DNA from: Paraspadella gotoi
Taxonomy: Eukaryota > Animalia > Chaetognatha
Reading direction: 5' to 3'
Assembly (NCBI GenBank): GCA_051294375.1
Contig: CM119267.1
Location: 19,791,546-19,855,545, forward strand
DNA: 64,000 bases
The notes beneath the pieces were generated by a model. That model did no database searches. It had not been told where the DNA came from and saw nothing but the letters and a program-made list of their open reading frames with translations. This document shows, one piece after another, positions 24,406-36,300 of the stretch; the first letter of the stretch is position 1; every line of letters starts with the position of its first letter. A program made the translations under genes and the position numbers.

Positions 24406-26508
24406 TCAAAATCCGCTGGCGAATTCCGAGAGAATCTTTTCCTTTCTCTTTCGCTTCGCCGCCTCCTCCGCTTCCAAGTCTCTTTTCCGCTTGGTCGGGA
24501 AGTGCGCCGCAGCGTCCGTCTTCATCCTCGACGGTTGCTCTCTTAACGCGAAGCTCTTTGCCACGTGACCCAAGTGCAGCGCCTTCACGTTGAACCCGAG
24601 CTGCTTCAATTCCTTGGGATAGGTGGCGTAGGCGCGAACGTAGGAAAAGTAGGCTGATTTTCCAGCCTTGTTCAGTGACGTCCTAAGACGTTCCGAGTCT
24701 TTTTCTTCTTCGACGTCAGCGACTAAGTTTTCCATCCTTAACTGCATGCACGTCGCTGCGTCCTCCATCTTCGGTTTGCCGCCGTCTTCACGACGGGCAC
24801 CTGGTATCAAGCCTTCAGTTAGCACTCGCAAAAGCGGAATCTCTTCAACCTTCGGGATGCTGGTTTTCTCCCGTAGGTAATCGACGTACTCAATCTCCGT
24901 CGGCGTCAGAAATATAAGGGCCTTGCCGCGTTGACCGGCGCGCGCGCACCGCCCGACGCGATGGACATAATCTTCCGGCGGACCCGGCGGATGAAACTGG
25001 ACGATCCACTCGACGTCGCGAACATCGATGCCGCGAGCTCCGACGTCGGTACAAAACATTACGGAGCTCTTCGTCGTCGAGTCGATGGCTTTGAACGAAG
25101 CGAACGTCCTAGTCCGTTGCTCCTGCGCCATTTCGCCATGAAGTCCGAAAAATGCGACTCGTTTCTGCCCCAAATCTGCCTCGTTGCTTTCGTTAATAGG
25201 CGCCCAAGTGACGCCCGTGGCGCGGGCGGCGTCTCGGTCGACGTCGGATAGTTTTAAGGCATTAAGGGCGGCGTCGAAGAGGTGGTGGAAAAAGTCTACG
25301 CATTTGTGAGTCGAAACGAAGACTATCATCTTAAACGGTTTCGAGTTATAACGACAGTGACACAAAATGAATGCGACCAACGCGACCAAACGAAGTTTGT
25401 TAGGACACACGAGGAAGAGATGCTCCAAGGTGGAAGGCGTCGTCAAAGCCGACCCATCGGACGTGTCCTCTATCTTAGAAGCATCTATCGTGACGGGGTC
25501 TTGGAGTGTGAGTTTGACCAATCGAAGCACTTCGTCGTTTAGTGTGGCGGAGGCCAGGATCGACTGCATATTCTTTCCTTCTCCCCGGAGTTCGACGATC
25601 TTGGTGACGATCTCGTTCAAGTCTTTCTCGAAACCCATGTCCATGAGTCGATCGGCTTCGTCGAACACGGCGAACTTCAGCGTCGACAACTGCGCGCGAA
25701 ACGTTTCGGTGGTGTTGAGGTGATCCAAGAGACGACCAGGGGTGGCGATCAAAACGTTGACGCCTTTTCTCAGACGAGCTTTTTCTGATTTCTTTTTCTC
25801 ACCGCCCATGAGGTGTCCCGGCACGATCCATGTACATCCCGCGCAAAGCTTCTGAAACGTCTCCAAGCCCTGCAGCACCAGTTCGCGCGTGGGAACGATG
25901 ACGACGGCGTAAGGTCCGTCGCCGCGATCGATCTTGGGTCGTCGCGTCATAAGCTCGTGGATCACGGGCAGCGCGTATGCAAGCGTCTTGCCCGATCCAG
26001 TTTGTGACTTAACGAGCGCGTCCCTTCCTTCTGCTATTTTGGGAATAGCTTCGATCTGCACGCGAGTGAAACGGGCGACGCCGAACTGGTTTCGCAATAT
26101 CGAAAGGATGCGTCGGTGAAAGCTGAAGGGGTTATCGTCGAGTTCGTAAGAGGAAAACAATTCCTTTTTCTCTTCAGCTTCGTTTGCTTCGCGCGGTTCA
26201 GATTCTCCCGCCGACGGAATTTTCGGATTTTTCGAAAAGAGATTCGAAATGAAGGGACGCTCTTTCGCCGGGATCCGTCCGGCGCCGAGAGATTTTCGTT
26301 TAAAATTTTCCGTCTCCGACGATTTTTTCCCTTCGGATTTTCGAGGTTCAGTTCGCTTTGTTTTTTTGTTTGTTTTAGTTGCATCGTTCGAATTTTCGAT
26401 CGTTTCCGTGGGAAACACGATATTTTTAGTTCTTGTTTTGTTCTTTTTGTTTTCGGAATCATTGGAACTCGAGAAAATGTTTAGCAAGCAATCGCCGACG
26501 TCGTCCAT
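24406..26508 (-). CDS. DDX31: DEAD-box RNA helicase DDX31/Dbp7, intronless
   Basis: SQTGSGKTLAY, GGEKKKSEKARLRKGVNVLIATPGRLLDH, DEAD, HRVGRCAR, LHLGHVAKSFALREQP, terminal SEFASG. Confidence 0.93.
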   Translation of the reverse strand: MDDVGDCLLNIFSSSNDSENKKNKTRTKNIVFPTETIENSNDATKTNKKTKRTEPRKSEGKKSSETENFKRKSLGAGRIPAKERPFISNLFSKNPKIPSAGESEPREANEAEEKKELFSSYELDDNPFSFHRRILSILRNQFGVARFTRVQIEAIPKIAEGRDALVKSQTGSGKTLAYALPVIHELMTRRPKIDRGDGPYAVVIVPTRELVLQGLETFQKLCAGCTWIVPGHLMGGEKKKSEKARLRKGVNVLIATPGRLLDHLNTTETFRAQLSTLKFAVFDEADRLMDMGFEKDLNEIVTKIVELRGEGKNMQSILASATLNDEVLRLVKLTLQDPVTIDASKIEDTSDGSALTTPSTLEHLFLVCPNKLRLVALVAFILCHCRYNSKPFKMIVFVSTHKCVDFFHHLFDAALNALKLSDVDRDAARATGVTWAPINESNEADLGQKRVAFFGLHGEMAQEQRTRTFASFKAIDSTTKSSVMFCTDVGARGIDVRDVEWIVQFHPPGPPEDYVHRVGRCARAGQRGKALIFLTPTEIEYVDYLREKTSIPKVEEIPLLRVLTEGLIPGARREDGGKPKMEDAATCMQLRMENLVADVEEEKDSERLRTSLNKAGKSAYFSYVRAYATYPKELKQLGFNVKALHLGHVAKSFALREQPSRMKTDAAAHFPTKRKRDLEAEEAAKRKRKEKILSEFASGF

Positions 26509-26518
26509 TTCGACCGGC

Positions 26519-26562
26519 CTACGAAAATAAAAGAAGCGTAACAAGTAAAACGGGTTTTTATT
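26519..26562 (-). promoter_or_regulatory. APEX2 poly(A) signal adjoining the candidate trans-splice acceptor of DDX31
   Basis: AATAAA (26562-26557) followed by cttcttttattttcgtAG (26520-26519), 10 nt before the ATG. Confidence 0.55.
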
Positions 26563-26613
26563 ACAGCCAATGAAAAGTTTTGGAATAGACTGGATAAAGC
26601 GCGGATTTAAATT

Positions 26614-28301
26614 TCAAGATTTTCGCACCCATTCGAAATGATTACATCTCGCCTCCTTGTTAGATGCGTGGCCCTGCGGTCTCGGACAAACGTAAAACTT
26701 TTTGCCCAAATTGGGTCCGGCCTTTTTGACCGTGTTCAAAACGCATGGCTCCTTGTGCCCCTTGCACAAGGGGGCTTTGGCCGGGCCCTTTAAAAGCCTT
26801 TTCCAAGTTTCGCTAGATTTCGCGTTGGCATTATTTTCCGAGTTGACCGACGGGTTTTCTTCCGAAATCTGCTTTTCGCTTATCGACTTTTCCTTTTTAT
26901 CCCCGGAGGGGATCTCTGAGGCTTCGCTCCGTGGCTTCGACGCGGATTTTTGTAAAAAATCCAACATCGTCTTCGGCGTCGGTTTCGCCCTCTTTGCCGC
27001 ATTTCCGCCCGCATCCGCCTCCTCCGAGGATCGTTTGAAGCGATCGTCTTTCTCGCTTGCCTTGGAGAAAAAACAACCGAGCGTTTTCTGGCTCCCGCCG
27101 GCGAATTCAGGCCAAAATTTGGTGGCTGTTTTAGGCCAAACGGGGCCAGACGCAACAGTTAGATCGAATTCAGCGACGACGGGACAATGGTCGGACCCCT
27201 TCACGTTGGGTAGGATTCGACAATCTCTTAGACGACGCGATTTCAATGCGATGTCAGGAAAAACGTAATCGAGCCTCGTTCCGTAGTTGGTGGCTCGAGC
27301 CCCGATTGCCGTGTTCCAACAAGTGAAGGCGTTTTTAAGGTCGGGATTTTTGCAACGGAATGCGTCGGCGAAGACGGGGGCGTCACCCTCATTAGCCAAA
27401 ACTTTTCCCACTATCGCATCGTGATCGATGTCGCAAGAGTCGGGGCAGGGGTGAATGAAATCCGTCAAAAAAGTCCGACCGGGATTTTCGTAAAATTCCT
27501 TGGGATCTCTCGTATCGCCTTCGCAATGGTCAATTAAATGATGAGACGTGTTGATATCGCCAACGATGACGACGCGACACCCGGATCCTGTCATCGAGCA
27601 ACGAAGACTTACGGAAATAACGACTTATCTCTTTAGTAACGCCCGACCTTACCTAAGAGATTCATTGCTTTCTTTTTCATCAGCCGGTAAAACTTCATCT
27701 TAAAATCGACTCTCTCGCCTTCGTCTCCCCCGAAGGGACAGTACACGTTAATTATCGAGAGAGTTTCCCCTTCCGAAGTTTCGTGGTGGGTAATCAAAGC
27801 GCGTCCTTCGCCGTCGAGCTCTGGAAAAGGGAATTCCAACTAATACTTAATACAAAACCCTTTGTAACTTTCAGTCGCCCTCTTAATCCGAAACAGGACC
27901 TAACCTTTCAGCTCTTCCTTGGAAAATTCAGAATCATCGTTGCCAGCCCAATCGGTATTTTTTGCTTGGGACGACCCAAGAAAAATGTCCGTCAAACCTT
28001 CCTCAGTCTTCGTCGGCACGCAGGAATTTCGGCAAAAAGTGGCGACGCCAGAATAGGCTGATCGTTTCTTGGGGAAACTGAAAAAGGAAACGTAGCCGTC
28101 GACCAAAGCCAGAGGCTCTTCCAGTTGGTCTCGCGGGGTTTTGACTTCCTGCAAGCAGACGACGTCGGCGTCTAGAGTGGTCAAGATGTGCTTGAGGGAT
28201 TTAGTGTTCGCCGATTCGGTGTTCGGGTTATCGTCGTCTTGGAAGTTCCCCCCGTAGGTCGTGGCTCTCAACCCGTTAATATTCCATGTTAAAAGTTTCA
28301 T
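26614..28301 (-). CDS. APEX2: AP endonuclease 2 (ExoIII domain plus GRF zinc finger), 3 exons
   Basis: TWNINGLR, CLQEVK, YSGVATF, GDIN, NYGTRLDY, GSDHCPV, PIP-like QKTLGCFF, C-terminal CKGHKEPC...FYVCPRPQG...CNHFEW. Confidence 0.95.
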
Positions 28302-28864
28302 AATTGTACCCGCTGCTGAGGTCGGCTTGCTTGACTGATAAAATATAAAAATACCACATTGTACAAGGAAAAAGTCGCCGAAACGTTTAACCTTTAATAC
28401 ATTTTAATACTTTATATGTTGCAATCATGGAGAGGGAGGGAAATTTTTTTTTTCTGAATAGAATGCTCTCATCGTTAGGTAAAATATGATTAAATATAAA
28501 GGCGTGGCAGACAAATAGATAAACAAATCAGGACTTCATAAAAAACAATCATTTATTATACAATAATAATATTTTTTGTCTCTGCATCATTTTCCTTTTA
28601 ATATTAAACAATAGCGTATAAAAAAGATTTGTACTTAGAGCAAATTAGTTTTGACAATAATTTTTTTTTCTTTTAAATACCACACCTAAATTTTTAATCA
28701 TATGAAATTGGTACAACCAATATAAATATTTCGTTCAAAACTCATTCAAATTTAAAAAAGCTCTATTTTTTGGAAGAAGCCAAATAATTTTCCCGATTTT
28801 TGTTTTCAAAGCTTCAGGTTATTGAAAAAAATAAAATTTCGGTGACTAATTTTTTAAAATAAAA

Positions 28865-31800
28865 ACAAGTTTGAGCAAACAATGTCGGATCTGCCCACAA
28901 TAATTAAGCGGTAAACAAACTAAATAAATAAATAAAATAATATAGTAGAATTAATTACAAATAAAGTACAAATAATTTTTTCAACTATCAACTATTATAA
29001 TTTTTTCCACTCGCATCATTTTTTTCCACTCGCATCATTTTTTTCCACTCGCATCATTTTTTTTCACTCAATGAATTAAAAAATTCATGAGTAAGCATAA
29101 ATAATAAAAATTCAAGTCAACTTGTCTTTAGTTTTTTTCCATGCAAACTCATTTCCACTCCTCGATTCCAACGAAACTTTATATCGTGCTCAACCACACA
29201 CTTTCCTACCCACACCCAAAATTTCATCCCTTTCTATCCATCCAATTATGAATAAATCGATTAATTATGGATAAAAATTATTAAAAAGATTTAAATAAAA
29301 GTGACTTATGTTTTTTCCATTTAAACTTTATTTAATAAATTAATTAATTTGATCCGAAATGTTTGTTTTTAGGTCTTTTCGTCACTGACCACGACAAAAG
29401 CAACGACGATGATGGCGACGACGACAATACTGACAATAACGATCGAGTTGTTTGATTGATTAAATAATTAATTTATAAATAAATTGATTGAATAATTAAT
29501 TAATAGATAACTAAATAAATTGATTGATTGAATAAGTAATTGATTAATTGACCGATTAATTAATTATTTATTAATTGACTAATTGATTAATTATCTAATT
29601 AATTATTTAATTAATTAATACATCTTGCATATACATTTAATATAAAAAGTGAAACAGGTTTTTTTTTTCACCTTAATCACAACATACTTTCCTATCCACA
29701 TACAAAATTTCAAGTCAATCGCCCCGTCCACTCATGAGTAATTGATGTTCAAATAGTGAAATAATTTTTTTGGTTTTTTCCATTTAAACTCATTTCCACT
29801 CGCACGATTCCATCGAAACTTCATATCCAGCTCAATCACACACTTCCCTAATGAGCGGGGTTTTCCGTCTCTTGCTTATCCTTCTGATAGTATCTATAAC
29901 GCATGTAGGATCGAGTCTTTAAGACCTCTCAGGTAAGCTCGGCTTTGCCACTATTCGAATAGTATAAAACCGCAATAACAAACTCTAAACCCCGACGATG
30001 GCTAATTAATATTAATACGATCCGTAACGAATGAAATCATCATCACGCATAAAACGGGGTAAAACCGAAAAGGAATAGTTTTAACGTTTACCGCGTTGGA
30101 ATTCGAGATTTCAGTCATCTTTTCTTCGTTTTATTAATTTTCCCTGAAATTTTTTTTTGTTCGCATACGGCGAATTCAAGAGGATGAAAAGACCTTTCAA
30201 CTTTCAAATTCTATTGATACCGGACTCCAATATTCTGCTGACAATGTTTTACAGCGCAAACTATACCTAGGATAAGCTCTGAGCAGAAAAAGTCAGAGGT
30301 TTTTTTAATATATTCTTGGACCGGCCAATGTAGAATGATGGCATATATGCTATTTTTAAGTTCAAAAAAATCCGACCATAAATATAGAAAATATTAACCA
30401 AAATCTCGGAAAATCCAACCCCTTCTTTGGAAGATTTTCGCCATATAGATTTTTTTCGCGAATCTGACTCCCGGTTGAAAACTCTTAGAATTCCGATCGT
30501 TAAGCTCTCTCTTTTACTTTTACTTTAAATAAAAATTTCACCAAAATGGATAATTCACTTTAACATGATTGTATCATATTAATAGACCAAATGAAATGTT
30601 AAAGAAAAATTTCTGAGAGCCCTTCAGACATATTGCTATCAGAATTCCTGAATTCGAAGTTTTATTGTAAAATGACAAACATACCTTAAATGCGTTGACA
30701 TTGTATTGAGTTGAGAAATCCCTTTATTTTATATATAAAAATTGCAGTCAAAAATATTTTTCCCGAGCGGACCAGTCCATTTGAATCGAATGGTTCGATG
30801 TCAAAATGATGAGTTAGGATTTGTCAAAGAGAAAAAAAAATGCGGAGCCCTTCAGATGCAACAGCAGGATCGGAAATCGAGTGTTTTTACATCTATTTTT
30901 TTTACGCTGAATTTTTTACCCAAAGGAGGCAATGTGTAATCAATCATCTCCTTGAATTTTGGTAGTTCAGATTTTTAACAAAAAAATTTCTTTCCCATTG
31001 AAAAAGGATCTTCCTCCAATATTCTAAGCGACAATAAGAACTGGTTTTACATGCGGACTATACCTTTATCAAGACATTTGCTTTGCAAGAAATTTTTGAG
31101 AGTCTCTCTTCTTTCTCTTCTTCTCTCTACTGTCTCTCTCTCTACTCTCCTCTCCTCTGATTTCATCAACTACTTATCTGCTTCATCCTCCTCATCAGCT
31201 CGCTCAATTCTTACTTAAACCTCTTGTCTTACCATTGAAATGATTGTGTGAAATCTAGATGCAAATTTGGCGTCTAATAAAATTTAAACCAAATCTCGCT
31301 ATCATCCTTTGTTAATAAAAATTCTTTTTCAGTGCAATAGTAATTATAGGGAATTAATCATTTGAGAAAAAAAATCAGTGCGAGAAAAAGAGGAAAAATG
31401 AAGATTTTAAAAAAAAATCTGAAATTTAAAAAAACCGGTAAAAGAGATTCCGAAATCTTTTGTTTTTACTCGATTGGCGAAAAAATATACCCCGTTTTAT
31501 ACGTGATTGTATTTTGAAACAAGACATTACGAAATAACGATGAACTGTATTGTTTGTAAACAAATATCGATCGTTTGATTTATATTTTTAAACACTTTTA
31601 CAAAAGGTAGAAATATTAAATAATATCGACGGATTACGACGAGCGTTTTATGATCCAACATCCCTACCCACACACAATTTTATTCCAATCCATCCATTCA
31701 TTCCAATCACGAGCAATTGAAATTTGTTTGTGATTTGCTAAGGTGGGACGGACGGACGGACAGACAGACAGAAGGACATCTTTTTTTTTTGCATAATTTA

Positions 31801-32006
31801 TCGACATGATGCAATAAACCTTTTTTTTTCGTTGTTATTTGGGATTTAGAGAAATGCAAAGTTCGTTGTAAAAAATTCTAAAACTTTGCATTTCTCTAAA
31901 TCATAATTTATCATAATTCGATGTTCTGACATGATTTAAGTGAATGCCCGACCAGATTGAGTTGGCGGACCGATGGACCGACAAAGTGAATCAGCAGATC
32001 CGACTA
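28865..32006. mobile_element. Helentron/DINE-1-like family A copy 3 with nested insertions
   Basis: Family A termini, (GACG/GACA)n microsatellite near 31746-31772, internal tandem repeats; interrupted at 29851-31660. Confidence 0.72.
29851..31660. mobile_element. Nested non-coding insertion (DNA-transposon derivative?)
   Basis: Splits the family A motif CACTT(T/C)CCTACCCACACAC with duplicated TCCCTA (29845-29850 and 31661-31666). Internal inverted repeat ATCACGCATAAAACGGGGT (30042) / ACCCCGTTTTATACGTGAT (31489). Confidence 0.55.
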
Positions 32007-32298
32007 AAAATGGTAGCACCAACGCAACCCCATACATTAAATTCCACAACTTTTTGTCAAAGGATAAATATACGATTCCCCTTCCCCTCAAAAATTGCAA
32101 TAAAAACATTTAATAAAATGTTTCATTAAAATTTTCGAAAATAAGAATTACCGACAGAACTTAATGAAAAAGGAACTTCAACTTGTATTGGTTTAGGTCA
32201 AATATTAATAATTATTAAATGGTTTCGACTTTCACTTATTTTTCATATACGAAGATCTTTAGATAAAATCGACAGATTCTTAGGAGACCTATTCCGCT

Positions 32299-33012
32299 TC
32301 ATCGAGTCAATTGACCACCATCAACAGGTAAAACGGTTCCAGTTATCATCGACGAAGCGTCACTCAGTAAAAACAGAACGGTTTCCACGACATCCTCAAC
32401 TCTGTTCCACCTTCCAAGTGGAACGACATCCTTAGGATCAGCGCGGCTCTCGAATATCATCTTCCCCATCTTGGTTTCCGGAGTCAATGTAGGGTTGACC
32501 GAATTGACTCGGATATTCGAAGGCCCAAGCTCGTTGGCCATTCCTCTGGTAACATGGTCGAGAGCGGCCTTGGATGCCGCGTATGCCATGTATCCAGGGC
32601 CGAATTTCAAAGCCGAGGTCGAAGACACATTAACAATGGAACCTTGCCGCCCAATCATTTTTTCGGCAACGCATTGACATACGCAGATTGTTCCTTTAAG
32701 ATTTACGCCCAAAATCTTGTCCAAATCATTAGGATCGATGTCGAGGAAATGAGCGAATATGAGCACTGCCGCGCAGTTGACCAACCCATCGACAGCCGGC
32801 AAATCTCGGAGGCTCTTTTTCGTTCCCTCCCAATCTGAAATGTCCTGACAAATAGTATGGACCCCTTCGTTCTTATTTTTTAAATCGAGCAAAGACTCTT
32901 CGGATTTGTCGAGAGCGTAAACAACGGCTCCCTTATTAACTAGCGCCTCGGCTATTCCTCTCCCGATGCCAGATCCGGCTCCGGTTATCAAAAAGTTTTT
33001 TGCCTGGAACAT
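32299..33012 (-). CDS. Short-chain dehydrogenase/reductase, L-xylulose reductase (DCXR)-like, intronless
   Basis: TGAGSGIG, LVNCAA, IVNVSS, YAASKAALD, ELGPSNIRVNSVNPT, SMITGTVLPVDGG. Confidence 0.88.
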   Translation of the reverse strand: MFQAKNFLITGAGSGIGRGIAEALVNKGAVVYALDKSEESLLDLKNKNEGVHTICQDISDWEGTKKSLRDLPAVDGLVNCAAVLIFAHFLDIDPNDLDKILGVNLKGTICVCQCVAEKMIGRQGSIVNVSSTSALKFGPGYMAYAASKAALDHVTRGMANELGPSNIRVNSVNPTLTPETKMGKMIFESRADPKDVVPLGRWNRVEDVVETVLFLLSDASSMITGTVLPVDGGQLTR

Positions 33013-33320
33013 TTCGGTGTGGAATTATTGACGCGCGGTCTAAAGATTAAATGAAATATTATTCAACACGCTCTACAATAATTAATAATTTTTACGAAAG
33101 GTAATATTAAAAAATATCGTGCAAACAGAATAAATTAGATAGGGAAAAACTAATATGTAATTCATGATTAACGCAACATTATCCAAACAAGGGCGATTTC
33201 AAATAAGTTACGTAACATGACTAAACTTGAAAAAAAAGTCATCTTTTTCGAGAAAAGGTCTGATTACTGACTGATTTCTGACTAAATTAATAATAAGAAG
33301 ACTTAGATTGAACAATGGCT

Positions 33321-36300
33321 TCACTTGCTTTTATCCTCTTCTTCGAAGAGCTTTTTCGACGCCGGATATTTCCCAGGATCATTCTTAAAGTCCGTATCTC
33401 CCGCGAGACGTGTTCTGATGGATGCGTTGACCGAGGACGAAAACGCCTCCTGCAACTCCGGAGAGCGGGCCACGCTTTGCGCCACCTCCATTGGCGCCGC
33501 CCCGCTGGTAGGCCTGACGCCGGCAGCCGTTATTGCCCGCCTCACCGCATCCGGGAGGGATGCTCTCAAACTCCTCGAGGCTTGCGTAGCGGAACCCTCG
33601 GCGCCGGTGCCCTGCGACGAAGTCGAGACCGGAACATCGGAACCGAGATGCAGCGTCTTACGTCTCTTGTTGGCCGGCATTCCGCTCAAGTAGGCGTCGC
33701 TGAACGGCGGTTGGGACGGCATGGTGCGCTGACGTTGAACGTCCTGTTGGATAATCGCCACCCAATCCGGCGGGACTATCTGTTCCCAGTTACCGGACGA
33801 ATCGTTGGCCGCTGAAGCGACGGCGTCGGCGAGGACTGGCGACGAATGACGATTAGCGCCACCAGTACCATCCCCACGCGCCTGAGCAAAGTGACGAGGA
33901 CGCGCGCCGAGTGGGGGACGTTTTTCCGTCAGCTTCGCTTCCGGTTTCGGCGGAGTCTTTCCTCTTTTACCACCACCTATCTTTTGTTCCGCTTTTTCTG
34001 AAGAACTTGCCTTATTTTCGTGTTCTAAAATATGAGAAAATTAAAAATTTTGCTCTTTTGTGTCTCTGTCCTTATGATTCCTTTGTATTTTGTCCTCTCT
34101 CTCTCTCTCTCTCTCTTTCGAATGGAAATATTGGCAAAAAAAAATTAAAAAATGCACTTGTAAATTCTACTAAGAGTACCTTAATACTAAAAAATTAACT
34201 TATTTTTTACAAGACGTAAAAAACACTGAAGATGTTTCTACGAAGTGATAGTTAAAAGTCAGTTTTGGTTGTTTTTTTTTTAAATATTTTTTTTGTCATA
34301 AAACAGAAATAATACCAGTCGTTTCAGGTTGGTCATCAAAAATTTATAAAATATACTATCTAGGAAAAAAGTATATGACATAATTAATTTATTCAATAAA
34401 AAGTATATAAAACAAGGGTAAAACATTTTAATATTTAGTATACCCTTTCTCGGCATCAACTACTACCTACCTTTGTCTGGGTATGCTCTTATACAGCAAA
34501 TTGAGGTATGCCAGTTAAATGTTTTTCGATATCTTTAACGCAATTCTGCGCAGCCCCGATATTAATGTTGCGCATCTTTCCCTCTTTTCTGAGAGCTATA
34601 ATAATATTTTTTTGAACCAGAAAAAGGTGCAAGGCCTTTAACATTGTCAAATTAAAAAAATATTTAAAAAATCTTAAAAGCATAAGAATCGTCGCAACCT
34701 GGATTGACAACAAATTTTGCTATTAAAAAAATTAAATTTGAGAAAATATAATTAATTTACAGAAAGAAAGAAAAAAAAAGAATAAATATAAAACAGTAAA
34801 ATAACTTATTTTCGAGTTTAATTTTTAACAAGTGCTAAGTCTGGAGAAACATTATTGAAGGTACTTTTGTTTTACTTTAGCCCGCCGATAAGCGAGCAGT
34901 TTGGATCGAATGCGACCTCTCTAAATACTGTCAACAATTCCCAGACAAAAGACAAAGTGAAACTTGAAACTGAAAAAGTAAAATGAAGTAAAGTAAAATA
35001 AAAAAAAGTAAATATATATTTAAAAAAAAACTATTATTCTGATTAATATTTAGAATATTTAAAAAAAATCCACAAAATATCGGATGTAAATTGGGAATAA
35101 ATGGCGATAATAAAGTTTTTAGAGGGAAAAAATTAATCGAGAGAGAGAGAGAGAGAAAGCCCAAATCGTTTTCAGACAAATCAGCAGAAGCACCCAGAAA
35201 AAAAAAAGAAATCAAAAGGCAGCAGCAGAAGCTGCAGGAGAAAAGAGAAAAAGAATAAGCCCCTGCAGAGCCAGCTGCAGACTCGTTTTTTTCCCCCTTT
35301 TCCCTTTCTCTATGAATCAGTGACTGGGGAAAGAGAGAAGGAGAGAGACATGTAATTAAAGAAAAAAGAGAGAAAAAGAAATATGAAAATAAAAGAGAAA
35401 ATTTGTTTTGTTTGATAAAACAAACAAAACATATTTAATAACTGTCCAGACTCAATTTTAAGCACATCGATGATAGAGAAGCTGTATATAAATTTTAGCT
35501 TCATACACCCAAATTTAATCATAAAAAAAACAATCTATAATTTTGGAACGCCGACGACAACGACGACGACATTGCGACGATAAAAATAACTAAATACAAA
35601 AATGGTAACAAATTAAATACATTTTTTTCGCCATTTTTTATTTGAAGTAACAATATTTTCTTGCCTGTAACTTCTAAACGATTTGACCTACAAAAAAATA
35701 TAAAAAAGCTACTGAAAGGAAATTCAATATAAATTCGGAAACGTTCTGATTTTTTTAAATTAAATAAGTTTTCAAGTAGATATCTTTTATTAAAATTGTC
35801 ATATACTTTTTTCCTAGATAGTACGCTTCAATATTGGCAAACTAATTTTCTTCTAACCATCTATTTAAGAATCAAGTCCAAAAATCTTTAAAATATTTCT
35901 TGCGCGCTAAAAAAAAATCAAACCCAAAACAAGAAAATAATAAAAACAGAAATAATACCTGTCGTTTTAGGTTGGTCATCGTCCAGAGATTCTTTGGCTT
36001 CCGACCAATCCTCTTCATCTTCCCAAGATCCATCTTCTTCCATCGGCTGCTCACCCTCTCTCTTGGCCGCATTATCCAACGGTCTCTCGCTCTCGTGAAT
36101 TACCAAACCGTTTAGCTCTTCGTTATTGACGTGCAATCTTCGCACAACGTCCGTCAGCTGCTGCCCTACAATACGTACAATCCACTCAACAACGAGCGGG
36201 TTGTAGTCCCTGAAAGCGGAACGAATGATGTTGTTAGTAACTTGACGAAGATCGTCCTCTCCAGCCGTCATGAGCAGAGTGAGACCGACGAACTCGTGGA

